Positions 17,929 through 26,252 of a stretch of DNA of 64,000 nt are shown in pieces; position 1 is the first letter of the stretch; the number at the start of each line of letters is the position of its first letter. The notes under the pieces are model-generated. The model was not told the origin of the DNA, did not search any database, and saw nothing but the letters and a program-made list of their open reading frames with translations. Source of the stretch: Myxococcota bacterium (lineage in GTDB: Bacteria; Myxococcota_A; Bradymonadia; UBA7976; UBA1532); assembly GCA_023150895.1 (NCBI GenBank), contig JAKLJY010000012.1:336-64335 (forward strand), given 5' to 3'. The position numbers and the translations under genes are program-made.

Positions 17929-20258
17929 TCTACAGTCTCCTCATCACACATCGTCGCCCGGGTACACGCTTCGCCGGGACCGCACGGCGACTGCGCATCG
18001 ACGTGGGTGAACGCACGGTCCATGTCGCACGCGAACGCATCGTAGACCGCCGCATTGCGAATGCGGAGCATGGCCTCGTCGTTCCGACGCAGCGAGTCGC
18101 GCGTGTAGTTGTGCGAGCCGGCGTAGACCGTCTTGCGCCCGCCCTCGTCGATCAACATGTATTTCGAATGACTCGTCACGTGGCGGCTCTGGCGACAAAA
18201 GACCTTCTGGTTGGTCCTGCGCAGCGCCCGCATCACCTTCGGGCTCGGCAGGGTGCCTCCGTGGAACGTCCCCATCAGAACGTCGACCCGGCAACCGGCG
18301 TTCCGTTTGCGACGCAGCGCGTGGTAGACCGCGCGGCGATCCTTGTTGAAGAACGCGACGTGGACGCGAATCGTGCTCGGGTTCTCGGGCGAACCGCAGT
18401 CGACGCCGCGAATCGCCTTCGCGACGGGGTCGTCCGCCCGCGGGAAGAAGAAGGCCGTCACCGTCCCGTCGTCGCGGCGCCACTTGCGCGTCTGTTGATA
18501 GAGCGTGCGCGTCTGTCGTCGCAGGGCCTGCCAGTAGGCCTCGAAGTGATCGTAAAGCCGCTTCTGGTCTCGCACGATCACCAGATGATTGAAGCGATGG
18601 TCCTGACTCTCCACGAAGTTCTGCGAGCCGTGCGCGACGATGTGCTTCCCGCCCTCGTTCGCGAGTTCGGACACCAGCAGGAACTTGTTGTGGTTGATCT
18701 TGTCGCCGATGCACCCGCCGTTCGAGCAGATCGTGAGCTTGTCCTCGCCGACGGCGGCCTTCAGCGCGGCGAGGGGCGTGTTGCGCTGATTCTTGGCCTT
18801 GCCGTCCTTCACGACGCGCAGATCGCCCGTCTTCCGCGCCTCATCGAGCGCGGCGACGTAGTCGTCTTCGTGGATCTGGAACATCGCGAGGCGCAGTTCG
18901 GCGTCCGGCGCGGCGCCCCGCAGGAGCGCCTTGTACCGATCCCGGATGGCGGTGCTCTTGCGCGCATTCGCGACGTCGTTGAACACCACCTCGATGAAGT
19001 TCGAGTCGTCCGTCTCGTCCGGGGGCGTCACCGCGCAGACGGCCTGTTTGGGTGAATCCGGAGAGACGTCGGGCACGACCTGGTCGTCCTCCGACTCGAC
19101 GTCGAACGTGGCCTCCGTCAGGCCCGCGGCGTCCTCCGCGTCGGCCTCGGGGCCGCCACAGACCCCCCACCGGGCCTCGAGCAGCCCGCCGCGCCCGTCC
19201 TCGGCGCAGAACGCCATCGCCGCCTCGGTACACTGGAAGCCCGTGTCGACGAACTTCTCGCGGCGCGCGCCGACACAGGTGGCACAACACTCGAGACAGG
19301 GCTCCGTGCGCTGATACAGCGGGACGACGTTCTCGCAGGCCGGCTGCGAGAACGAGATGGCCACCGTCTTCCGGTGCTCCCGGCATTGGCGCCACTGCGC
19401 CTGACACGTCTGCGCGTCGGGCGCCTCCATGACGAAGCGCGTGTCGTCGCAACAGACGACGGTGCATGTGCCCGGACCGGGGGCGGGTGCATCGCATACG
19501 GGAGGGGCGTCCGGCGGGCTCGGCGCGTCGACGCCCGGGGCCGGCTCCGGGTCGGGCTGGCAGTCGGGGTCCGTATCCGGATCACACAACGAGTCTTCAT
19601 CGCAGATGCCATCCGGCTCGGCGCAGTCGACGCAATCGGGATCCGTGCCCGTCGCGCACGGCTCGGGCTCGTCGCAGAACCCGTCGGGCGTCGCGCAGAG
19701 CGGGTCGGCGTCCGCGGCGGGGACGCCGTCGTCGTCGGCATCGGCGCAGTCCGGATCCGTGCCGGCGGCGCAGATGACGCCTTCGTCACAGATGCCGTCG
19801 GGCACGCCGCAGTCCGGGTCGCCCGCCGGCCCGAGGGGCACGCAATCCGGATCCGTCCCCGGGGCGCAATGGTCGGGCTCCTGGCAACGACCGTCGGCGA
19901 TTTCGCAGGCGCCGACGGGGGCCGCCACCGGCACGGCGCCCGCCGGCAACGGCCGCGCGACGTCGGGGGTCGGGCACGCATCCGCCGGCGCACCGGTCTC
20001 GCGTCCGCACGCCGCCACGTCGAAGCCCAACGGCCCCGACGCCGCCGGGGTGGCTGCGGGCCCTTCGTCCTCCGGATCGGCCGCCCAGGCGGGGGTGTCG
20101 ATGGGCGCGAGGGTCGCCGACCCGCCCGTCGGGCCGGCCGCGTCACCGGCCGAGGCGCCCCCCGTCGCACCGGCTTCGCCGCCATCGTCTGCGCCGGGCG
20201 AGCAGGCCGCACCGAGCAGCGACAGCAGCAGCAACCGACACGAGAGGGGCAGGCGCAC
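17925..20258 (-). CDS. phospholipase D family lipoprotein with N-terminal Cys-rich CxxGTDPDC repeats
   Basis: Two HKD-type motifs (HNKFLLVS...GSQNF and HSKYMLIDEGG...GSHNYT). A GTG start gives MRLPLSCRLLLLSLLGAAC, with GGAG upstream. The track ORF's first 292 aa are an Arg-rich alternate-frame extension. Confidence 0.7.
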   Translation of the reverse strand: MRLPLSCRLLLLSLLGAACSPGADDGGEAGATGGASAGDAAGPTGGSATLAPIDTPAWAADPEDEGPAATPAASGPLGFDVAACGRETGAPADACPTPDVARPLPAGAVPVAAPVGACEIADGRCQEPDHCAPGTDPDCVPLGPAGDPDCGVPDGICDEGVICAAGTDPDCADADDDGVPAADADPLCATPDGFCDEPEPCATGTDPDCVDCAEPDGICDEDSLCDPDTDPDCQPDPEPAPGVDAPSPPDAPPVCDAPAPGPGTCTVVCCDDTRFVMEAPDAQTCQAQWRQCREHRKTVAISFSQPACENVVPLYQRTEPCLECCATCVGARREKFVDTGFQCTEAAMAFCAEDGRGGLLEARWGVCGGPEADAEDAAGLTEATFDVESEDDQVVPDVSPDSPKQAVCAVTPPDETDDSNFIEVVFNDVANARKSTAIRDRYKALLRGAAPDAELRLAMFQIHEDDYVAALDEARKTGDLRVVKDGKAKNQRNTPLAALKAAVGEDKLTICSNGGCIGDKINHNKFLLVSELANEGGKHIVAHGSQNFVESQDHRFNHLVIVRDQKRLYDHFEAYWQALRRQTRTLYQQTRKWRRDDGTVTAFFFPRADDPVAKAIRGVDCGSPENPSTIRVHVAFFNKDRRAVYHALRRKRNAGCRVDVLMGTFHGGTLPSPKVMRALRRTNQKVFCRQSRHVTSHSKYMLIDEGGRKTVYAGSHNYTRDSLRRNDEAMLRIRNAAVYDAFACDMDRAFTHVDAQSPCGPGEACTRATMCDEETVE

Positions 20259-20317
20259 GGGACTTCTCCGGGGGACAAAACGACCACGAACGAACCATCG
20301 GCCGGTCGCGCGAACGC

Positions 20318-22126
20318 TCACGGCGGCTCCAGGATAGACGCGCGGTGCGTGTAGATCACGTCCCATGGACCCGTGGGGTCGTCGGCGGGCGCGCCGAACC
20401 CGACCGCCTCGACGCGGGTGTTGCCGAGCCGGAAGACCGTGAACTGCAACCGGCCGTCGTTGTGCGGGTTCGAATAGAGGGGCGTGCCGACGCTGTAGGT
20501 CGGGATCGAGATGGCGGCATACGGAGCCGGGCACTGCCATACTTCGCGCTCCGGCGCGTGGTGATTGTGGCCGTGCAGGTGCGCGACGACCGGATACTCG
20601 GCGGCGAGCTTCGGTCCGGTGAAGTCCCCCGTGCCGCGTTTGGCGTCGTCGAGAATCTCGCACAACCGGAGATGCTCGTCGTCCGTGTTGTCCGCCGCAC
20701 CGAAGTGAAAGTGCGAGATCAGCACGATGCGTCGCCGCCGGCTGTCGGTCCGCGTCTCGAGGAACGACCGCAGAAAGCGCAGCGCACGGTGCGGATCGGC
20801 GACCCGGAGTCCGTCCTCCGAGGGCATCTGTTGCGCATCGTTGCCGGCTTCGAGGTCCAGCATGACGAACCAGATGTCGTCCCACCGCCAGGCGTAGTGG
20901 CCGGTGCCGGCCACGGGGTCGTCGTACACGTCGTCGGGCCCGTTCACACCGCCCGGTCGGAACGGCGTCGAGCGCGCATCGAGGGCGTCGACGACGGGGT
21001 GAAAGTGTTCGCCCGGCACGCCGGCCACCCGCGGGAAGTCGTGGTTGCCATACCCGTCGTAGACCGGGATGGCCAGCCGCCCCTCGTCGCCGCAGGCACC
21101 GAACGCATCTCGATACGCGCGATACTGGCGGCACGTGGTCGTGCCCGCGGGAATGGACTCGTCACCCGACTGCGTGAGATCACCGGCGATGATGGCCCCG
21201 CGGACGTGATCGAACGGCAGACCGGCGCGGGTGACGTCGGGGTCGTCGGGCCAGAGGTGCGCGCGCCAGAACACCGACGGGATCAGCGCGTTGATCGCCG
21301 CTCGCATCCGTTCGTTGCCGTCGATGTGGAAGCCGCGGACGCTGCCGCACCCGGCCTTCGCCTCCGTCGCGTGCGTGTCTGCGAAGGCGACGAAGGTGAT
21401 GTCCCGGTCGTCCTGTGTCTCGGGGCTCGACCACCACTGCATCGGATCGAACGTGCAGGCCCGAACCTCGGTCGGCAACGAACAGGCGCCCCGGATGCAG
21501 AGTTCGTCGACACCGCAGCGGACGCCGCAGCCGCCGCAGTTCTCCGCGTCCGTGAAACCGAGGGTGCACTCCCCGGAAGCCGCGTTCCCCGGACAACACA
21601 GCGCGGCGAACAGACCGCACGTGTCCGGATCACAGCGGGTGCAGAACGGGGCGCCCCCTTCGGGTCCGGGCAGGCAGCGTTCGTCGGGGCCGCAGGCGCT
21701 GCAATCGTCGACGGGCGGCGGGCGCGCCGCGTCCGGGGTCGGCACGGCACCGGCATCACGCCAGGCCTCGGCGCCGTCGTCCTCGCCGCCTTCACCGCCC
21801 CCACCGTTCTCCGCAATCGCGCCGCCGGCACCGGAGTCGGGCAACGCAGGCTTCGGCGGCTGCGCGTCGACCCGGACCGCCCCGGGGACCCCGGCATCGA
21901 GGACCGGTTCTGAAGCGCCAGACCCGGCCTCCCGACCCCGCGACGGCTCCACGGCCGCATCGCGCGCCATGGCCGGGCCGCTGAAGGCGGCGTCGGTCGC
22001 CCCCGTCAGGTCGGTCGCGCCGCCCGAGCCGTCCGGGTCGCGGTCTGCAGCCGATTCGGGTGTCGCGCAGGCCGCCACGAGGGCGAGTCCGACGAAGGCG
22101 GACGCAAACGACACGGGACGTGACAT
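20318..22126 (-). CDS. calcineurin-like metallophosphoesterase lipoprotein
   Basis: Start at the internal ATG giving MSRPVSFASAFVGLALVAAC. Phosphoesterase motifs GDLTQSG, GYGNHDF and HLHGHNHH. GGAGGAGGAG upstream. Confidence 0.65.
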   Translation of the reverse strand: MSRPVSFASAFVGLALVAACATPESAADRDPDGSGGATDLTGATDAAFSGPAMARDAAVEPSRGREAGSGASEPVLDAGVPGAVRVDAQPPKPALPDSGAGGAIAENGGGGEGGEDDGAEAWRDAGAVPTPDAARPPPVDDCSACGPDERCLPGPEGGAPFCTRCDPDTCGLFAALCCPGNAASGECTLGFTDAENCGGCGVRCGVDELCIRGACSLPTEVRACTFDPMQWWSSPETQDDRDITFVAFADTHATEAKAGCGSVRGFHIDGNERMRAAINALIPSVFWRAHLWPDDPDVTRAGLPFDHVRGAIIAGDLTQSGDESIPAGTTTCRQYRAYRDAFGACGDEGRLAIPVYDGYGNHDFPRVAGVPGEHFHPVVDALDARSTPFRPGGVNGPDDVYDDPVAGTGHYAWRWDDIWFVMLDLEAGNDAQQMPSEDGLRVADPHRALRFLRSFLETRTDSRRRRIVLISHFHFGAADNTDDEHLRLCEILDDAKRGTGDFTGPKLAAEYPVVAHLHGHNHHAPEREVWQCPAPYAAISIPTYSVGTPLYSNPHNDGRLQFTVFRLGNTRVEAVGFGAPADDPTGPWDVIYTHRASILEPP

Positions 22127-22319
22127 GCGGGTCAACGGCTCCTCCTCCGGGCGCGGGTCGCGCCGACGTGGCACGGGAGAGCCGGCACGTTGCAAGACCG
22201 GGACCAGACCCCGAACGTCCGCCGGCACCCGGTCCGGGACCGCGAGACCCCACCGAGCCGCCCGTGCGCCGGGGGACACTCGACCCCACGGGGCCCGTCG
22301 ACCGCCCCGAACGCGCTGC

Positions 22320-23504
22320 TCAGAAGTTCGACACGACCGGCGCGCAGGTCGAGACCCCCGCGCCCACGATCCGGCGCCCCGTCTCCTCCACGGCCACCAC
22401 CGTTCGGCCCGTGACCGGGTCGAATCGGAGGACGCGGGACGCGACCCCACCGGCACCGTCGGACTCGCTGATGAACACGAAGAACTGCCCGCCCCAGTGG
22501 GCGAACGCCCAGCCCGCAGGCTGCCCGCGCAGGCCCGGCAGAGGCCACTCCTGCTCCACGAAGGCGTCGGACTTGTCGATGCGCGCGACGCTGCTGTTCG
22601 GCCCCGGCCAGTAGGCCCAGAGCTCTCCGTTGCCATTGCCGGTCAGCTCGGCGCCGTAGTCGTGGGCGGGCAGCACCCCCACCTCCGTCACACCGCTTGC
22701 GCGGGCGTCGACCGTCCCGAGGCGCCCGAGTTCGATGGCGTCGACCGGGCCGCCGGCGACGTGCAGGGTTTCGGACTGCGTGTCTTCCCCGTCGCTCACG
22801 AAGGCCATGCCGAAGAGCTGAAAGCCCCCGTCGCCGGGCGGAAACGGTGAGCGCTGGCAAGCCGCCGTGGCCGTGTCCACCCAGAAGATCTCGCCCGAGC
22901 CGAAGAGCACCCAGGCGCGGGCCTGTCGGTCGACCGCCATGGAGAACGGTGTCGCGGTGCCCTCGCCGAAGTCCGGCCAGATGGGCCCGGCGGGACAGTC
23001 GAGGCGGCCGACCCGCGCGAAGTCCGACGTCCGCGGGTCGAAGCTGAGCAGTGTGTTCTCGGCGTCGACGACGTAGATGAGCTCGGAACCGGTCGCGCAG
23101 TCCGTCACACACTTGCCGTTGGCGCAGCCACTTTCGCAGTCCGCGATCTTCTCACCCCGGGCGCCGTCGACGCCGCAGGCGAAGAGCGCGCTGCCCTCGC
23201 AGACCGCGACTTCGCCCGGACTGCAGGCCGCGCAGCCGACCCCGGGCACGCAGGCGGCCGTCGCGGCGCAGACCTGCACCTGCACGAACTCCCCGCCCTG
23301 ACAGACCGAGTAGGCGCTGCCCGCGCAGGTGCCCGACCCCTCGACGCAGCCCGTCCCCACCGCCGCGTCGAGCCCGACGCTTTGCGGGTCGTCGTCGGCG
23401 GGCGCATCCGTACACGCTGCAATGGCGAGTCCGAGCCCGGCGACGAGCGCGCAGGCCGCGGTCACGGGAAGGCGAGGGCGGAGGGGTCGATGGGTGCGGC
23501 GCAT
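22320..23504 (-). CDS. hypothetical lipoprotein (Cys-rich N-terminal region, beta-propeller-like C-terminal region)
   Basis: ATG giving MRRTHRPLRPRLPVTAACALVAGLGLAIAAC (lipobox). Confidence 0.5.
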   Translation of the reverse strand: MRRTHRPLRPRLPVTAACALVAGLGLAIAACTDAPADDDPQSVGLDAAVGTGCVEGSGTCAGSAYSVCQGGEFVQVQVCAATAACVPGVGCAACSPGEVAVCEGSALFACGVDGARGEKIADCESGCANGKCVTDCATGSELIYVVDAENTLLSFDPRTSDFARVGRLDCPAGPIWPDFGEGTATPFSMAVDRQARAWVLFGSGEIFWVDTATAACQRSPFPPGDGGFQLFGMAFVSDGEDTQSETLHVAGGPVDAIELGRLGTVDARASGVTEVGVLPAHDYGAELTGNGNGELWAYWPGPNSSVARIDKSDAFVEQEWPLPGLRGQPAGWAFAHWGGQFFVFISESDGAGGVASRVLRFDPVTGRTVVAVEETGRRIVGAGVSTCAPVVSNF

Positions 23505-23556
23505 CGCCGAAATCTCTCGCACGGCCGCGGTCGGGGCAAGGGGGGTGTCTCTGACC

Positions 23557-25296
23557 CTACTCCCCCACCCCGGTCACCCGCCGCACGCCCGTCCGGAGGC
23601 CGTTTGCGCTGGCCGTTCCGCCGAACCGCGGGCGCGAGAGGACGAGCCAACGCTTGACGTCGCCCTCGACGAGGCAGAGGTCGCCGGTGTCGACGGGGAA
23701 GCCCGCACCGGCGATCTGGATCGGCGGCGCGTCGGGCGGGCGGGAGGCGAGCAGGGTGTAGCCGTCGAGGGGAAGCGGCGCGCCGGCGACGTCGAAGAGG
23801 GTCGCCATGACATCGACGTGGGCGGAGCGGTCGATCTCGCGAGCCGGAGCCGCTCCGGCCGGCAGGCAGAGGATCAGCGGCACCTCGACGCGAACGCGGT
23901 GAAACCGGTTCGTGCCATGGCCGAGCTGTCCGTCCTCCCAGAACGCCTCGCCGTGGTCACCGACAATGGCGATGAACGTCTCGGGCCCCTGCGCGGCGAG
24001 CACCCGGCCGAGCTGGCGGTCGACCCACCGCACGGCGTTCAGATACCGCGCGCGGATGGCATCGGCCCTGTGTCGCATCCGGTCGCCACCGAAGAGGTCG
24101 GCGAAGTCCGGTCGCGCGTGGCGGCCGTAGGGGGTGAAGTCCGGCGGGGCGTCGTAGTCGAAGTGCGTGGCGTCGAAGAACAGAAAGCCGAACGCCGGCG
24201 CACGTCCGGTGCGCGCGAGCGCAAAGTCGGCGATGAGACTGTCGCGCACGGCGGCCGAGGGGTGGTCCGGCTCGTGGTAGGCCTCGAGCTGATCGACCAT
24301 CAGCGCGGCACCGTTCCAGGCCCGCAGCGCCGAGGCGGATGCCCCCCAGGTGTGATAGCCGTTGTGTCGAAGCGTCGAGAGCGTGAGGGCCGGGACGGGC
24401 GGCTGCGCCTCGGCGAAGGGGATGAACCGGTGCGCGTCGAGACCGTAGATCAGCGAGAAGATGCCCTGCTCCGTCGAGGTCCCGCTCGCGAAGTGTTGCC
24501 GGGAGACCAGACAGCCCCGCTCGGCCGCGTAGCGGCTCACGATGGGCATGTGTTCGGGCGTGAACGCGTCGGCCCGGAGGGACTCGACGGCAACGAGCAG
24601 GATGTCGGGTTTCGACCGCATCGTGGGGGGCCCGCCCGCCGGAAACGCCGGCACCGGGACGTCGAGCGGGCCGGGGGGCACGGCCCCGAACAGGGGCTCG
24701 AAGAGGGTGAGGGCGCGGGCCATGCCCGTTTCGGGCGCGAACGCGGTCTGCCCGGCCGCGGCGAAAACGAGGGCGGCGAAGAGGCCGGCGGAGGCGACCC
24801 GCCGCGGCCACGGCCCCGGCGTCGGTCGGGTCTTCATGAACCGAACGACCGCCCCGGTGAGTGTGAGGAAGAACGCCAGACACACCCCGCCGACGAGCAG
24901 AAAGACCCCCGCGCCGAGGTGCATCTCGCGGTTGGGCTCGGCGTTGTCGAGCGCCCGCTGCACGATGGGCCAATAGAGGTGCAGTCCCTGGGCGGCGGCC
25001 ACCTGCAGGTCGATGAGGTGCAAGCTCCAGGTGAGCCCGCCGGCGAAAACGAGGCCCGCCGCCGCCGCACGCGGCCAACCGAGTCGCGCCATCGCGCGGG
25101 CGAGGGCACCGGTGCCGACCGCCAGGAAGACCGACAGCGCGAGACCCCAGGCGAAAGCCGCGACGAGGTCGACGGTGGACGTCGTGACCTCGAACGTCTG
25201 CAAAAGTCGCGGCAGCGTCCAGGCCTGGATTGCGAAATGGGCCGCCGCGAGCACGGCCGTCGCACGCCAGAGCGCGCCCTCGACGCCGGGTGTCAT
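23557..25296 (-). CDS. sulfatase-like hydrolase/transferase (LTA-synthase / phosphoethanolamine-transferase-like) with N-terminal multi-TM domain
   Basis: About 5 TM helices, then a sulfatase domain (ILLVAVESLRADAF, IAIVGDHGEAFWEDGQLGHG). Start is the internal ATG at the first TM (MTPGVEGALW). An alternative ATG is at 25440. Confidence 0.6.
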   Translation of the reverse strand: MTPGVEGALWRATAVLAAAHFAIQAWTLPRLLQTFEVTTSTVDLVAAFAWGLALSVFLAVGTGALARAMARLGWPRAAAAGLVFAGGLTWSLHLIDLQVAAAQGLHLYWPIVQRALDNAEPNREMHLGAGVFLLVGGVCLAFFLTLTGAVVRFMKTRPTPGPWPRRVASAGLFAALVFAAAGQTAFAPETGMARALTLFEPLFGAVPPGPLDVPVPAFPAGGPPTMRSKPDILLVAVESLRADAFTPEHMPIVSRYAAERGCLVSRQHFASGTSTEQGIFSLIYGLDAHRFIPFAEAQPPVPALTLSTLRHNGYHTWGASASALRAWNGAALMVDQLEAYHEPDHPSAAVRDSLIADFALARTGRAPAFGFLFFDATHFDYDAPPDFTPYGRHARPDFADLFGGDRMRHRADAIRARYLNAVRWVDRQLGRVLAAQGPETFIAIVGDHGEAFWEDGQLGHGTNRFHRVRVEVPLILCLPAGAAPAREIDRSAHVDVMATLFDVAGAPLPLDGYTLLASRPPDAPPIQIAGAGFPVDTGDLCLVEGDVKRWLVLSRPRFGGTASANGLRTGVRRVTGVGE

Positions 25297-25487
25297 CGAC
25301 GGCGCGGCCGGCGGCGGGGCGCAGTGGCGAGGGACCTGGGGGTGGGTCGCGACATGCCCGAAGCCTCGCCCAGGCCCGCGCGCGAGGCAAGGCCGGGGCG
25401 TTCGGCCACCAGCGTTTTCACGGCGACCGTTTGCGGACATGATGCGCGGGTGCCCGAGACGTGCTCCGCCCCCGAGGAGAAAAGCCC

Positions 25488-26246
25488 GTGACCTCTGCCT
25501 TCCGACCCATTCTGGCTCCGCTGATCGTCGCCCTCGCGGGCGCGCGCCCCGCGCTCGCTCACATTCAGCTCGACGACCCCCCGGCGCGCACGACGCAACA
25601 GAAGGACGGCCCGTGCGGCGCGGCGGGCAGCCCCCGTGGTGCGGCGGTCACCGTCTTCGCGCCCGGCGAGACCATCACCGTGCGCTGGCGCGAGACCATC
25701 AATCACCCGTCCCACTATCGCATCGCGTTCGACGCGGACGGCGATGACGACTTCGCCGATCCGGCGGACTTCATGGACTTCTCGGGCAATCCGACGGTGC
25801 TTCTCGATGCCATCGGGGACCGCGCCGGGGGCGACTACAGTGCGTTGGTGACCCTGCCGGACGTCGTCTGCGAAACCTGTACCCTCCAGCTCGTTCAGGT
25901 CATGTACGACAAGCCGCCCTACGGCGACGGCAACGATCTGTACTACCAGTGCGCCGACCTCGCCCTGCGACGCGCAGAAGCGCCCGGGCCCGACGCCTCG
26001 CCCGATGAGGCGCCCGAGCCCGACGCGGCGCCCGAGCCCGACGCCGTGCAGCCGGTCGTCCCCGAGGTCCCCGAGCCGGCGCCCGACGAGCTCGCCGACG
26101 CGGGCCCCTCGACGGCGCCCCCCGATACCGCCGACGACGACGGGGAGGGCTGTACGGCTCGCCCCGGCACATCGACGCCGGCCGTGTCGGGTCTGTTCGC
26201 GGCCGGGCTCGTCGCCGCTGCACTCGCGCGCCGTCGCCGCCGCTGA
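25488..26246 (+). CDS. secreted protein with predicted N-terminal His after signal cleavage and C-terminal MYXO-CTERM (possible copper-binding CopC/LPMO-like fold)
   Basis: A GTG start is preceded by GAGGAG 9 nt upstream. Signal peptide MTSAFRPILAPLIVALAGARPALA|HIQLDDP. Pro/Glu/Asp-rich linker. C-terminus GCTARPGTSTPAVSGLFAAGLVAAALARRRRR. Confidence 0.5.
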   Translation: MTSAFRPILAPLIVALAGARPALAHIQLDDPPARTTQQKDGPCGAAGSPRGAAVTVFAPGETITVRWRETINHPSHYRIAFDADGDDDFADPADFMDFSGNPTVLLDAIGDRAGGDYSALVTLPDVVCETCTLQLVQVMYDKPPYGDGNDLYYQCADLALRRAEAPGPDASPDEAPEPDAAPEPDAVQPVVPEVPEPAPDELADAGPSTAPPDTADDDGEGCTARPGTSTPAVSGLFAAGLVAAALARRRRR

Positions 26247-26252
26247 GCGCGC

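Noticed and set aside
15208-18045. 945-aa plus-strand ORF
   Set aside because: Antisense of the M15/lysozyme-like and PLD genes. Arg/Val/Gly-rich junk with no domain signals.
20259-21134. N-terminal 292-aa extension of the track ORF 17925..21134 (similar extensions at 20318..22636, 45524..46921, 55189..57573, 26253..29900 and 28897..32628)
   Set aside because: Extremely Arg/Pro/Ser/Thr-rich and overlapping the neighbouring gene in another frame. The real starts were placed at internal ATG/GTG codons that open signal peptides or have SD-like sequences.
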